This document shows, one piece after another, positions 48,779 through 62,264 of a stretch of DNA of 64,000 nucleotides (position 1 is its first letter; the number at the start of each line of letters is the position of its first letter). A program made the translations under genes and the position numbers. The stretch covers positions 53,858 through 117,857 of the forward strand of contig JAUCBJ010008428.1 in assembly GCA_032718475.1 (NCBI GenBank), read 5' to 3'. This DNA is from Nemertoderma westbladi (lineage: Eukaryota; Animalia; Xenacoelomorpha). The notes under the pieces are model-generated. The model made no database searches, was not told the DNA's origin, and was given only the letters and a program-made list of their open reading frames with translations.

Positions 48779-51405
48779 TATAGGGGCTGTTGCGCTGTCA
48801 GTCAGAGAGGTAACAGCCCATGGGGTAAGGATTTACCCATGGGGCGCTAACTATCAGATAGTATGATACCAACTGTCAGACAGTTTTTTTCAACTATCAG
48901 ATAGATGATCGCCCAGTTCTGCAGTTACAAGTTGCCCTCAGTTGTATTTTTTAAATCCCGAGTGTTGTTGACGCAGTCTGCTGGTCTGTTACTTCCGAAA
49001 TCGTTGATCGTGGTGCCCGTGCCGGAATTCTGGCTTTGATTAAAAATACTGAACTGCTGAACGATGGCGGAATCTACGAAACCCGGCCGGATTCCTAATC
49101 CGAGGAGGCGACGGATTCAATTAAACATAAACAATGACACGATCGCGATGGACAACGGAATGTCTATTCAATCCATAACGATACAATGGCGACGGAGTCT
49201 ATTACAGTATTAAACATGCAACCAAAGCGATCACACGATGGCGAGGTAATCTACAAAACACAGAATGACAGGAAGGCGACGGAGTTTATTAAACCCAGTA
49301 AGATGGTGCATAGCGAAGCGATCGAGATGGATAACGGAGTCTATTACAGTATTAAACCTGGAACGAAGACGGTGGAGTCTGTGTTCCAAGCCTAACTAAA
49401 CCTGGAACAATGCGAACAAGGCTACCGGTACTGTAAAGTTAGACTAGACCGTAGACTGGTTGAGATTGAGATAGTTTATTGCGCAATAGTCAAATATATG
49501 GTTATGGTTAATTATGACATAAACACCAATTAATTAAATATCCATAAATATTAACAACAGCACTTATTTATTTAGTGGTTACATCGAGCTGCGCGGGGAT
49601 AACCTGGTTTGTGAGATTAACTTGCCAATACTAACTCAATACAATTTGCTTTCTTCGAATTCCTAATAATATATTTTAATCTTAATAATAATTATTCAAC
49701 ATCAATTATTTTATAAGTCTTGTCAATGTATAAGATTGCTAAAGACTAAAGAGCTAACTTTAGGATAATCGGCCTTATATTTTTAGAATTATTATAATTA
49801 ATTTTGTTATGTTTATAATGTATGTAATGAATTGTATCTTTTGACAGACTACTTGATGCGCGACCGTGATATTAAAATTAAATGGTGCCGAAATATTTTC
49901 ACTTAACTGCAGGTAGGGGGGGGGGGGGGGGGGCAATCAATATTCTTCCCTCTCCAGGTGAAAATCGACGCAAATAACAGCTTGTTTACTACTAAAATAA
50001 AACTCCATCCTGTTCTATAGGAAAAAACATTATAGGGGAAATTTTAGCAAGTTGTGTTTATTTTAGCCGATAGACAAGATTACATGTTTACCAAGTTTGG
50101 TATAATTTAGTCAAAGATTGAATGAATTACGATTTTAAATTATCAGTGGAGGGTGAAGGCGGCGGGCCAGGATTCAGTTTTACTTGAATAAAGAATAGTG
50201 ATTAAACCAAGGGATACGCGATATATGACACTGCTGTATTGATTTCGAAACATTTAATTCAAAACTATATAAATGTTAATATAATTTTGGATTTTTTTTT
50301 GTAATAATTAACAGATGAATTATATTTCATTAATTTATTTTTTTTATCTAATCACATTATTAAATAACGAAGCACAGAAATAATACTAAGATTGAATTGA
50401 AGGTACAGTACCGAATTGAATATTTGAGATTGCATAAGATAGAGTATTGAATATCTTCGGCCGTCATCCCGTTGGTGACTCCATTGGCAACCATTTCGAC
50501 AGTTTCGGCTCTTGAGTCCCCGAATAGACCGATGGTCGGCGTGGTTGCTGTCCCCATGACTGAGGCTGCATTACAAACCAAATTGACATCTCCAGGCGCT
50601 GGAGCAGAAACTGGCGTGACTGCGGTTCGTGGGTGGCACTGTGGAGACGAGCCCCGATCTCCCGGGGGAAGGTGGATGTCTCTGGACCGGGGCGGCCAAA
50701 GGTCTCAAAGCAACGGGGTGAAAGAAATGGCCCCGGTCCATTAGGTCGCGATACTTAAGTTTTTAATGCGCTCCGCCCTCAGCCCCCTCAGCTGAGTGCC
50801 CCCCGCCGCGCCAATGATGGTTTGTTGAAGGTGGCTGGGGGCCAGTGGATCTAGTAATAATTAACGCAAAGATATGATTAGGTAGGCCTATGTGATATTA
50901 GTTTCTCAAACCAAAGCTATCCATCCATTGACGTCCAAATATATCCAATTTCTCAATCCATACTAATCAGTATGTAATAATGTACACTGTAATGCAATAA
51001 TGTCAATGTCCAACCAAACAATGAGTTGAGTGTTATCGGACCAGCCTCCGAGAAATGTTAGGCTAACGGCACCTCGCTCTGTCGCATCAGTTTTTGTAGT
51101 GGTCTAGTTCCAAGTTCCAGGCTACCAGAATCCGTTAGTGGATGATATAGAATCTGCACATCCTGACATCTGTGCAACTCCTGAACTCAGGCGAGCATTT
51201 TACAGATGGTGGTCGAATTTATATGGTCTTGTACCGCGAAACCGTGTATTATTTACAGATGTAGGCTAAATTTTGGGTCTTGTACCGTGCACAGTACTGG
51301 TGGGCCTACACAGCTACTGCTATTTTGCCTAATACAGGTCCCAGAGGTAAATCCTTACCCTAAGGGCTGTTACCTCTCTGACTGACAGTGCAACAGCCCT
51401 CTCTC
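48779..51405. mobile_element. Non-autonomous Mutator-like (MULE) element
   Basis: About 55-bp imperfect TIR GGGCTGTTGC(G/A)CTGTCAGTCAGAGAGGTAACAGCCC..GGGTAAGGATTTACC; 9-bp TSD ACTAGAAGC at 48770-48778 and 51406-51414. Confidence 0.8.
50347..50854 (+). mobile_element. Probable non-autonomous Helitron nested in the MULE
   Basis: A|TCTAATCACATTATTAAA start; short CTGG..CCAG hairpin then CTAG|T end; bounds a GC-rich island. Confidence 0.5.
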
Positions 51406-51681
51406 ACTAGAAGCGGGATGATAATGAGTTATTGGATTATAGGTATGGAATGATAGAATAAGATAATGTAACTTTATTTATTTATTTACTTTATTACATT
51501 ATTTATTTATTTACTTTAAATAACTTTATTCATTTATTACATTATTATATTATTTGAACTTATTTGTTTTCTGAGATAGAGCGCACTAGAAATATTTTAA
51601 TGCTACGCTCTTTAATGACGCACTAGAAATATTTTAATGCTACGCCATTATTGTTACGCTTGACTTGCAGACTGACTTGCA

Positions 51682-52210
51682 TTAACATTGAGGCAAGCCA
51701 TAATTAATAAGTTTCGCTTTGGAAAATGTATTACGAACCTTTTGTAATCTATTAGAGAGGTAGGACTGGAACCAATGTAATACACTACCACCAACACCAA
51801 TTTCATACTCCAATATTTCTAATAATATGCAATAACACACTAATAGAGAGTTTACTGAAAGATGTCGGCATTGTATCATGGGGGATAGTTTTCGATTTAG
51901 ACTGTTTAACTAGTTCTTCCACCTCAGGTTCAGTAACCTGCTCAAATTCGAGCGCTGATCTTCAACATCAATATTAGCCAGTTGTTGTAGAAGGCTCAGA
52001 TCCAACAACTCGCTCAGATGTATTTCTTGAACAGTCCACACCCATTTCGTCCCGAATAGATTTTATTTTAGTATCATAGAAGTCTGCAAATGTGTTTCCA
52101 AGTACCTCATCAGAATCATGATTTGGTAGAATATTAATACTCTTTCGATATAGAACCTAAGACAGAGAAGAGCTGTTTTTGGTTACCTTTGTTCTGTTCG
52201 ATGTTACCGT
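51682..52210 (-). pseudogene. Fragmented CR1/L2-group LINE RT
   Basis: GVGGSVLHWFQSYLSNRLQKV..YGLPQ; upstream FADFYDTKINK-like linker. Confidence 0.65.
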
Positions 52211-52951
52211 AATAAACGATATTTAAAAGGAAACCCAAATCCAAATTAGATGAAGATTATTTCTACCAGGAATTAACATTGTAGAAACCAATTTAGGCCA
52301 TTGCAGTGTATAATGGAGGGACATATTAATCATAAATTAGTTTGGGTAATTTCATAAATCTAGGGGCCAATGACTTGGGCTAGTAATCATATATTGGGGA
52401 CGAGTTCTGATGTTTGCTTTATCAATAATAGTTAATGGGAGTGCTCACATTACAATATTCACAGTTGCAGTGAAGACAGAATTATAAACCAATCAAGGAA
52501 ACAGTATCGCTTTTCAAATTAAGAGAATTAAGAATTAAGAATAAAGAAGAATTAAGAATTAAGATAATTTTATAAAGACCCGGGGCCGTATTAATAAAAG
52601 TCAGCTATAGAAAAGTGAGCCACATTTGCGTGGGTGGCCTAGAATCCGGAACATCCATATCCACCATCAAAAACCATCTCACTAACAGGAACATCGAAGT
52701 TGATAACGTGTTTAACATAACCCCTCAAACTGTTAATCCTAACCAGAACAACTCCCAGCCACTAACACCCCAAGTGAGGTCTTTCACATTGTGTGCCACA
52801 CCTCAGTGGTTGCCGACGCTGTTTACGCACCGAACTGCTGGCCAAGAGGTACAATAATTAGACGACACCTTCTTGGAGAAGAAGACAGAGCCAATCTAAA
52901 TTAAAGTTGCAACATAAAAGTGGATTGACACAACCAGCTGTTTGACTGGTC

Positions 52952-53490
52952 TCCCCTGAGACTACTGTTTCCTCTGAGACTGTTGTTTCCCCTGAGACTG
53001 CTGTTTCCCCTGAGACTGTTATTTCCCCAGAGAGTACTTTTCTCCTGAGACAGTTGTTTCCCCTGAGACTACTGTCACCCCTGAGACTGATGTTCCCCCT
53101 GAGACTGCTGTTTCCCCTGAGACTGCTGTTTCCCCTGAGACTGCTGTTTCCACTGCGACTGCTGTTTTGCCTGAGACTGCTGTTTCGCCTGAGACTGCTG
53201 TTTTCCCTGAGACTACTGTTTCCCCTGAGACACTTTTTCCCCTGAGACTGCTGTTTCTCCTGAGACTGCTGCTTCCCCTGAGACTACTGTTTCCCCTGAT
53301 ACTGTTGTCTCCCCTGAGACTGCTGTTTCCCCTGAGACTGTTGTTTCCCCTGAGACTGCTGTCTTCATTGAAACTACAATTTCTTATGATACTACTGCCT
53401 TCCCTCGGATTATGGTTGCCTCTGAGAATACTGTATCCACTGAGACTTCAGTTTCACCAGAGAAGACATCCACCTCCCCTGAGACTACTG
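52952..53490. repeat. 18-bp minisatellite CCCCTGAGACTGCTGTTT
   Basis: Many consecutive degenerate copies. Confidence 0.93.
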
Positions 53491-53869
53491 TGTAACCAGA
53501 AACCTCGTCAACTAAACTCAAGATCTTACTGTCAAATATTGACTGATACAGATATATTTTATATATTATATTATATATATTATTATATATATTATTATAT
53601 TTTATATCTTTGAGGATGCAGATGTCTTACTTCGAACTGAAACACTATGCGACGCTGATGTAGTTGTTAAAAACTCATATTATCCATTCATCCAACTAAG
53701 AAGTTTCGAGAAGCTAAGAAGTTACTTTGTGGCCGGCCAAGTTACGAGAAGCTAAGAAATTACTTCGCGCCCGGCCAAGTGGAGGCCTGATGATTCTTAG
53801 TAAACCAGAACTAAACCCAAATTTATTAAATCAACATCCTCTTATATAGTTGAGGAGACAAATTGAGCC

Positions 53870-54499
53870 TTCTTTTTAGTCTTCTACATTACACCAGATA
53901 CACCTCTTGAAAATTATATACTCACGGTAAATGAAGCACTAACAGGAACTCATGAAGAACTGCCTATCATTATAGGAGGGGACTTCAACTGCCGCTTAGA
54001 TTCAGGTACGAGAGGAACAGAGCTTGCATCCAGCCTTGCTGACCTAGGGTTTATCCTACAGTCATTCGGGATTATACACGTACTGTTCTCCTCAAGGACG
54101 TAGTACAATACTTATTTTTCATTAAACACCCAGTTTCTGTCTCGTTTCCAAGCGAGCCATCAACCACAACTTCAGCAAATCTCTTGCGGAAACATCTGAA
54201 AGTTACTCTGGAATTGGAACTTAGTGTTTACGCAAAGATACCAGTTGATAAAACATTATCGAGGGAGATCAATACAGTCACATTAAGAGAGATATTGCCG
54301 ACGCACGATATCCACTATGAACCTTTTCGTTCTCTGCGAAGCTTTCGCTTCGCTTCGCAGAAAGCGAAAGCTTCTGCTAAGAAGCTTTCTTAGCAGAAAG
54401 AAATTCTGCAATTCCTCATGTCGTGAAGACATCCAGTGCGCTCTTAACACACTACACAACTGGTGCTCATCAAACTCAATGGAAATAAAAAATTTATAA
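53870..54499 (+). pseudogene. LINE APE and RT C-terminal fragments
   Basis: ELPIIIGGDFNCRLD near 53955-54000; DIQCALNTLHNWCSSNSMEI near 54430-54490. Confidence 0.6.
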
Positions 54500-54589
54500 G
54501 GATGACAGACAACTCGTTAATAGCACCCATATGCTAAAGATCGCTCACTTGAACGTGGCTCTCCCCCACATTCAATCCGGTTCGACGCA

Positions 54590-55003
54590 GTTTGTTGCTC
54601 GTTGTTGCTCATTGCTGCTCGTTGCGCTTTATTATTTCTCGTTGTTGGTCATTGTTGCTCGTTGTTGTTCATTGTTGCTTGTTGGTGCTCATTGTTGCTC
54701 GTTAGTTGTACTTTATTATTGCTCGTTGTACTCTATTATTGCTTGTTGTTGCTCATTATTGCTCATTGTTGCTCGTTGTTGTACTTTATTATTGCTCGTT
54801 CAATCGTTGTTCCTCATTGTTACTCGTTGTTGTACTTTATTATTGCTCATTGTTGCTCGTTGTTGCTCAATATTAATCGTTGTTGCTCGTTCAGTCCTTG
54901 TTGCTCATTGTTGCTCGTTGTTGTACTTTATTATTGCTCATTGTTGCTCAATATAACTCGTTGTTGCTCGTTCAGTCGTTGTTGCTCATTATTGCTCGTT
55001 GTT
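54590..55003. repeat. Low-complexity ~10-bp repeat TTGTTGCTC(G/A)
   Basis: Seen directly. Confidence 0.9.
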
Positions 55004-57968
55004 ATCTCTGCATCTTGCAATGTCCTGTCAAGGTTAGGCAGTTAGGAGGTCATAACTGTCATAAGCAGTTAAGGGCAGAAGGAGGACGGGACTGGGAGAC
55101 GAGGTTATAAGAGACATTATATAAGGATATTTAATTTAATTTATTTAATTTAATATATTATGAGAAATGAGAAATATTTAATTTATTTAAGGAGTATGAA
55201 GATTTTGGAATGAAATTGTACATCTAAATATGAAAGTTCTTATTTAAGGACTTTTAGTATTTTTATGTGTACAATTTCGATGTCTTAAATAAGGTAAATT
55301 TAAAAAATCCCTCTTATTTAGGAACTGGTCGTATTTTTAATGCAATTTTAAAACGCTTGTAGAAAAAAAACCGGACGGTGAAATGTTTCCTGGTTTTTTG
55401 CATTATGTTCAAGAAAGACCCAACTTTTATATTGTGAAATAAAATTATGCAGTATTTTTACCTGAAACAAGTTCTTGCATATTACTGTATTATGTCGAAA
55501 AAATATCCAAAAAAGGCCCAAAAACCACTAAATAAGAACCATTTTCCTTAAATAAAAACCTACTTTTGGAGCTTATTTAAGGGTATGTTCCCTAACTGAC
55601 AGTAGCAGGCTTTTATAACCAAAACAATAAACGATAACCAAAGAACACAGGTTACAGTCTTATTTTTCAAACCCTATACTGCTATAGGGCTATAGCTATA
55701 CCCATGTCTGCCTGTTATAGGATATACATTTTTTTGTCTTTTTGGGTAAGTTTTTTTTGGGTAATATTGTGTTTTTTTGTGTTTTATTGTGTTTTTTGGG
55801 TAAATTTTTGTGTTTTTTTTATATTTTTTTGTGTATTTTTGGGTAATTTTGTGTTTTTTTTGGTAATTCGTAGGACCGTATTTTATACACCACTGGTTAG
55901 ACAGTTAGATCAGTAGATACCGGTAATCCTACAATATATTAAAATAATCAATTTGAATTTTGTTTTAAAAAGGGATAGGGTAATATTAGTCGGTTATCAT
56001 TCATATGCGTACCGGTACCTGTGGCAAAAGAAGCAGGTTACAGTGGTGGTGTTTTCTAACCAAAACAATAAACTAATCTCCATTACTTAATTAACGGAAA
56101 GGAGCAGGTTCTGAGGTTACAGTGGTGGGCTTTTCTAACCAAAACAATAAACAATATCTCAATAACACAGGGTATTTCATACTTATAGTCTTATTTTTGC
56201 AATACGAAAATACCACAGCAGCACAGGCTGACAGGCAGACAGGTACGGACTGACGGATATGAACTATAACTTATTAGTCAGTACAGCTGCCAGCAGTGAA
56301 GTTTTATTGTCGGCTTAGTTAAAGGCAGAAACTCAAAAAGTCTTAAGTCTGAGGGTTTCATAGGCCCTATTCATACATGGAACCAAAATATTTTTGTCAT
56401 CAGAAATTTTCAAAAAAACAAGCAATTTGGCTCTTTTTTGTTTATTGTGATCAAAAACCTAAAAACCTAGTTTTAGGCTTTTTTCAAATTTTAGGTTTTT
56501 GACAAAAATCGACAAAAACCTACGTTTACAAAACTAGAAAACCTACTTTGCCAGCCCTGGTCCCACTGCTGTACTGTACAGTACATTACCACATTACTAT
56601 AGGCCTACTGCATGTGCATATGAATACTGAATAGGAAATAAAACTAAAAGCCTGAAATCACTACACATAAAGAATGAAACAGATACTTTCGAAAAAAAAT
56701 GAAAAAAATACTGTAAAAAAATGAAAAAAATACTTTCAAAAAATATAAAAAAAAATACCGGTACTTACTCTTGAGAAAAATTATAAAAATACTTTCAAAA
56801 AATGAAAAAAATACTTCCTATTGAAAATAATGAAAAAAATACTTTCAAAAAAATGAAAAATACTTACTGAAAAAAATACTTACTTTCGAAAACAAAATGA
56901 AAAAAAATACTCGATAAAGTAGTAAATGGCGGAAATCACCTCCGTACCATCTCGATCTTTTATTGTTTTTATAGAAGTTAGTTCAGTCAGTTGACTGGTT
57001 GAGTTAGTATACATGCAGGTTGGCTGACAGTTGGGGTGCGTGCTACGCAAGTAAACACCTCCTTCATCTGTTCATGCCATACCTGGTCCGGGCAGTCAGG
57101 GAGATCATCAAATTTGAGAATACCTCAAATTTCAAATTATAGACCCAATTTTGGAATTACCTCAAATTTAATACAAAGTTAGGTTAATTCTGAAGTTAAT
57201 TCTGAAAAACTGAAGCAATTACAACTGCTCACATACAGCAACAATCAAGACTTACCTGGCAAACTGTAAATGAGGTATCTGGTCGGAAAAGTTGTGCAAA
57301 AGGGCGCCTCAAAGCCGATAGTCCTGAAGAACGTGTTGGGAAGTGGAAAAATCACTTCAGCAACTTGCTTGGGCAGCCACCAAACATCGAGGTCAGCCCT
57401 ACAAGGAAAATATATGACAAGACAATACCTATAGAAACAGGGGACTTCACACCTGCCGAACTCCAAAGAAGCATTAAAAGCATGTCCAATAATAAAGCGA
57501 GTGGATTAGATGAAATCCCAGCGGAGGTATGGAAAACCGGTGTAAAAGCTTTTGTGGATATAACCAGTCATTTTCTCCGCAATTAACTGTTTAGTTGTGT
57601 TTTAGCGGACATAACAAGCTATTTTCTCCGCAATGTACCCTGTAGGTGTTTTAGCGGACATAACAAGCCATTTTATGCCGCAATACGCCAAATACTCTAA
57701 ATAGAGTGTAGTTTCAGATGACGAAATCTGTCAGCTGATTTGCTGCCAGCGTGGAGCTTTTCTTTGTTCTGATCGGCCAATCAGAGCGATTTTCACTTTG
57801 TGTTGGACAGTGCCTACAGAAACCCACGCAATTCAGTCAGTGTGTATCTTTTCTAAGCCCAGAACACCGGCTTAGGATTCTTCTGTACTTCGGTAGAAGT
57901 TTCAGACTTTGGCCAACATTAGACGGCTTTGATTATAAGAACGTAAATCTATTATCTGCAGTCTGCAC

Positions 57969-59878
57969 TAGGGTTCAACAGAAGGCACTTTATGGTGCCG
58001 AACCGAACCGAACCGAAGCAGGGCCAACTTCGGGCCGAACCGAACCGAATCCGAACCGAAGTTCAGAAAGTTAGCAAGTTATGGTCATAAATTCGTCTTT
58101 ACGTCACTATACTGGCTGACTGGCAGTGGCAGACTGGTACCTATTTGGTCTGCGGACTTAGCAAGAAAGCTATGATTAATTAAAAAAATAAGTACTACAA
58201 AATAAAATGACAATATTTACATTACTGTACAGCATTACTAACCTAAACTACTGTATACTTACTGCTACTGTATGCACCACATTTTCATCCGTAGTAAGCC
58301 GTACAGTAGTGACATCAAATTTAGAAAACCTCACTAAAAGTACAGGTAGTACTATTTATATGACAGTATGAGGTAGTAGGTATATTTCTGTATTTGGTAT
58401 TATGTATCAAAGTTATGATTAATTAAAAAATAGGTACTACAAAGTAAAATGGCAATAGGCCTATTTAAGCCTAACCTAAACTACTGTATAATTAAGCTAA
58501 TTTTGAAACTACCCAAGTAAACTGAAAACAATTAAAAAAATAATGCCATTTAAATGGAAGTTCAGTCCAAAATTAAGGGTGTACACGTTAGCAGCAGCGA
58601 CAGTGGTGCGCACCGGTGCAGACAGTGGTGCAGACACCTGGTGCGGACAGTGGTGCAGACTGTGGTGCAGACAGTGGTGCAGCGTGCAGACAGTGGTGCA
58701 GGCACTGGTGCAGACACTGGTGCAGACAGTGGTGGAGACAGTGGTGCAGACACAGGTGCAGACAGCAGACAGTGATGCAGACAGTCAGACAGTGGTGCAG
58801 CGTGCAGACAGTGGTTCAGACACTGGTGCAGACACTGGTGCAGACACTGGTGCAGACACTGGTGCAGACAGTGGTGCAGACACTGGTGCAGACAGTGGTG
58901 CAGACAGTGGTGCGGCAGACACTGGTGCAGACAGTGGTACAGACAGTGATGCAGACACTGGTGCAGACAGTGGTGCAGACTGGTGCAGAAAGTGGTGCAG
59001 ACACTGGTGCAGACAGTGGTGCAGACATGGTGCAGACAGTGGTGCAGACAGTGATGCAGACAGTGGTGCAGACTGGTGCAGAAAGTGGTGCAGACACTGG
59101 TGCAGACAGTCAGACAGTGGTGCAGACAGTGCAGACTAACTACAGTAAGGTCTCAGGAATTGTTAGTCCGCGAGTATTCTTAGCCTGCGAGTATTCTTTG
59201 GCCCTTGGGTATTCTTAGCCTCCAAAACAATAACGTTTATTGTTTTGGTTCCCCCAATACTCCTCTGAAACCTGCTCCTTTACTAAACTGCTCCTTTACT
59301 AACCTGCTCGCCCCTTTCAGCCTTTACTGTCTGCACCACTTTCTGCACCACTGTCTGCACCACTGGCTGCACCACTGTCTGCACCACTGGCTGCACCAGT
59401 GTCTGCACCACTGTCTGCACCACTGGCTGCACCACTGTCTACACCACTGTCTGCACCAGTGTCTGCACCACTGTCTGCACCAGGTGTCTGCACCACTGTC
59501 TGCAACAGTGTCTGCACCAGTGTCTGCACCACTGTCTGTACCAAAGCCTGCACAACTGTCTGCACCACTGTCTGCACCAGTGGCTGCACGACTGCACCAG
59601 GCAGCCAGGTGTCTGCACCACTGTCTGCTGTACCTACTGTCTGCTCTGCACCAGTGTCTGCTTAACGTTTGCACCCCAAAATTAATTAGTACAACGATGG
59701 ACAGATTGATTAGTCTTACTGTCTTCTGGTCTTAGCTCAATCAGTCAATGTAATACTTGGAATAATTAGCAAAGTTTGCTCCTGGCTTCTGCAGTATCAA
59801 TTGCAGAAGCCGAACCGAACCGAAATTGCCAAACTTCGGCCCGAACCGAACCGAAGCCGAAGCTTCTGTTGAGCCCTA
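57969..59878. mobile_element. Non-autonomous hAT element
   Basis: TIR TAGGG(T/C)TCAACAGAAG; 8-bp TSD GTCTGCAC; subterminal CCGAA arrays at both ends. Confidence 0.9.
58577..59676. mobile_element. Foldback (MULE-like) element with arms of 12-bp minisatellite CAGTGGTGCAGA
   Basis: Arrays at about 58600-59135 and inverted at about 59325-59660; ends GGGTG(T/C)A(C/A)ACGTTA; 9-bp TSD CAAAATTAA. Confidence 0.82.
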
Positions 59879-61121
59879 GTCTGCACTGACTGAACAACTT
59901 TGATACTGCACCTGCAACTGCGGTACCGGTACTACCGATACTGGCTGAATATCACCGCATTATTGTACTTCTGTTTACTGTCTGTTATTAATGTTATATG
60001 TTGATGGATATGTTGTTATATTGGGAGAATATCGATAAATAATCATAAAACCCCCAATCTTCTTGATTACTAAAGGTTAGAGGGACCGGTTACCGGTAGC
60101 AATTGCGACTTATATTACAGTGGTTTTAGTGTGCATTAAACGCTATTTCATAATCCCTACATGTGTCAGTTGCTATCCTCCTTATATATGATCAAATTCA
60201 GTGACGGTCGGCAGATCAGTGTGCAGCAGTGTGAAATCGTATGCAGCAGTGTGACAGATAATAAAGCATCTCCTAAAGAATGCGCTATTTACGAAAATCA
60301 GTAGCCATCCCGTTGTGTTTAGTATAAGTCATAACTCTGTTTTATACTTAAAGTGCCACGTCCTAAAGGAACTGTTAATATTTCCCCGAAAGTGAATAAT
60401 ATTGTCAGAGATTATATAGTAGTGATCAATCGAATAATACAGTAGGTCTACACCGCAATAAGGTCAGAGCATCCGAATCCAGTCTCCCTTAACTGTGGGT
60501 GAATGATCGCGCATAGACTGGCTTCGGCTAATGTTACTTCATGTGCATTAAATAATTGTTATAGGCTAAAGTCGATTTATAAACAAGAGGACACCTAAAA
60601 TTGGCAGGTTAAACTGCTAAAGGTCTGAAAGCGCGAACAACCAGAGTGCTAAATAGACCATTATTGAATGTTTGCAACTGGATGTTAAAAGGGGAAAAGC
60701 CACCACCAATTTGGACTAAAGGTCAACTAAAGCCTCTCCCCAAGAAAGGAGACCTCGGCATACCAACAAACTATCATGGGATCTGTCTGCTTGTGGTAGC
60801 TGCCAAAATATACAATAAAATGATTCTATATAGGATTAGGCCTCACATAGAGAAACTACTGCGTAAGAGCCAAAACGGATTTCGACCAAGTAGATCAACA
60901 ATAGCTCAAAAGATACTTGCACTACGGAGACTGATTGAAGGAATTAAGTCAAAGAATCTCCCCGCAGTCATGACTTTTGTGGACTTCAAGAAGGCATTCG
61001 ACTCCATCCATAGAAGTAAAATGCTTGAAATCCTAAGAGCTTATGGAATACCAGAAGTAATTGTTGCTAGCATTGGATTGTTATATTGTGACACAGAAGC
61101 GCAGGTACTCTCACCAGATGG

Positions 61122-62264
61122 TGTTCGCGCTTTTAGACCTTTAGCAGTTTAACCTGCCAATTTTAATTGTCTTTTTGTATATCAATTATTTAATGTACTG
61201 AAGTTACATCAGCCGAAGCCAGCCTGTGCGCGCTGACAATATATTTACTTTCAGGGAAATATTAACAGTTCCTTTAGGACGTGGCGCTTTAAGTATAAAA
61301 CAGAGTTATGACTTATACTAATCACAACTGGATGGCTACTGAGTTTCGTAAAAAGCGCATTCTTTAGGAGATGCTTTATTAACCTTCACACTACTTCACA
61401 CTAGTTCACACTACTGCGCACTGATCTGCCGACCGTCACTGAATTTGATCATATATAAGGAGGATCGCAACTGACACATGTAGGGATTATGAAATAGCAT
61501 TCAATTCACACAAAAACCACTATAATGTAAGTCGCAGTTGCTACCGGTAAACCTGTTCCTCTAACCTTTAGTAATCAAGAAGATTGAGGGTTTTATGATT
61601 ATTCATCGGTATTCTCCAAATATATCAGCAATATATACCAACATAACACCAATTAATAACAGAATCAAATAATGCGGTGAACAGTCAGTATGTGTTACTT
61701 ATGCAGTGTTCCATGTGCAGCAATGCATGAATTGCGGTGTGATGCGGTAGTTGAATCGCGTTGCGTAGTGCCGCGTTGTTTCAGTGATTCAGATATGAAG
61801 TATGATTCAGCAATGATTCAGCAGTTGAATTGTTAATAGTTTTACGTTCTTGTAATCAAAGCCATCTGATGTTTCTGATGTTTAGGTAAAAGTCTGAAAC
61901 TTCCACAGAAGTACAGAAGAATCCTAAGCCGGTGTTCTGGGCTTAGAAAAGATACACACTGACTGAATTGCGTGGGTTTCTGTAGGCACTGTCCAACACA
62001 AAGTGAAAATCGCTCTGATTGGCTGAGCCAAACAAAGAACAAAGAGAGATTCAGGTTCCGCGTTGGCAGTAAATCAGCTGACAGATTGCGTCATCTGAGT
62101 CATCTTTTAGAGTATTAAGCGCATTGCGGAGAAAATGGCTTGTTATGTTCGCTAAAGCACACATGCAGACATAGCAGGTAAAAATGGCTTGTTATGTCCG
62201 CTAAAACACCTACACAATATATTGCGGAGAAAAATGGCTTGTTATATCCGCAAAAGCTTTTACA
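61122..62264 (+). mobile_element. Solo LTR, 1143 bp (BEL-like termini)
   Basis: TGTTCGCG...TTTTACA; perfect 5-bp TSD GATGG; TATA-like TATATAA near 61451. Confidence 0.88.

Larger units (their letters stand above)
57541..60639 (-). mobile_element. Solo LTR (BEL-like termini), interrupted by a hAT
   Basis: TG..CA ends; 5-bp TSD ACCGG/ACCAG; reverse-complement homolog of 61122-62264. Confidence 0.82.

Noticed and set aside
52615-52857. Possible LINE ORF1 fragment (HICVGGLESGTS..IKNHL)
   Set aside because: Short, no diagnostic motif, and I could not link it to the nearby APE fragment.
53054-55110. Leu-rich and Cys-rich hydrophobic ORFs
   Set aside because: Translations of the 18-bp and 10-bp repeats.
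46810-57290. Both RTE copies are 5'-truncated near the same W..(I/V)N..(T/S)GRK position
   Set aside because: Two cases from different families with imprecise ends; cannot be distinguished from chance.
58543-59735. WCRQ/GADS/HHCL repeat ORFs resembling metal-binding or antifreeze proteins
   Set aside because: 12-bp minisatellite arms of a foldback transposon, open in several frames on both strands.
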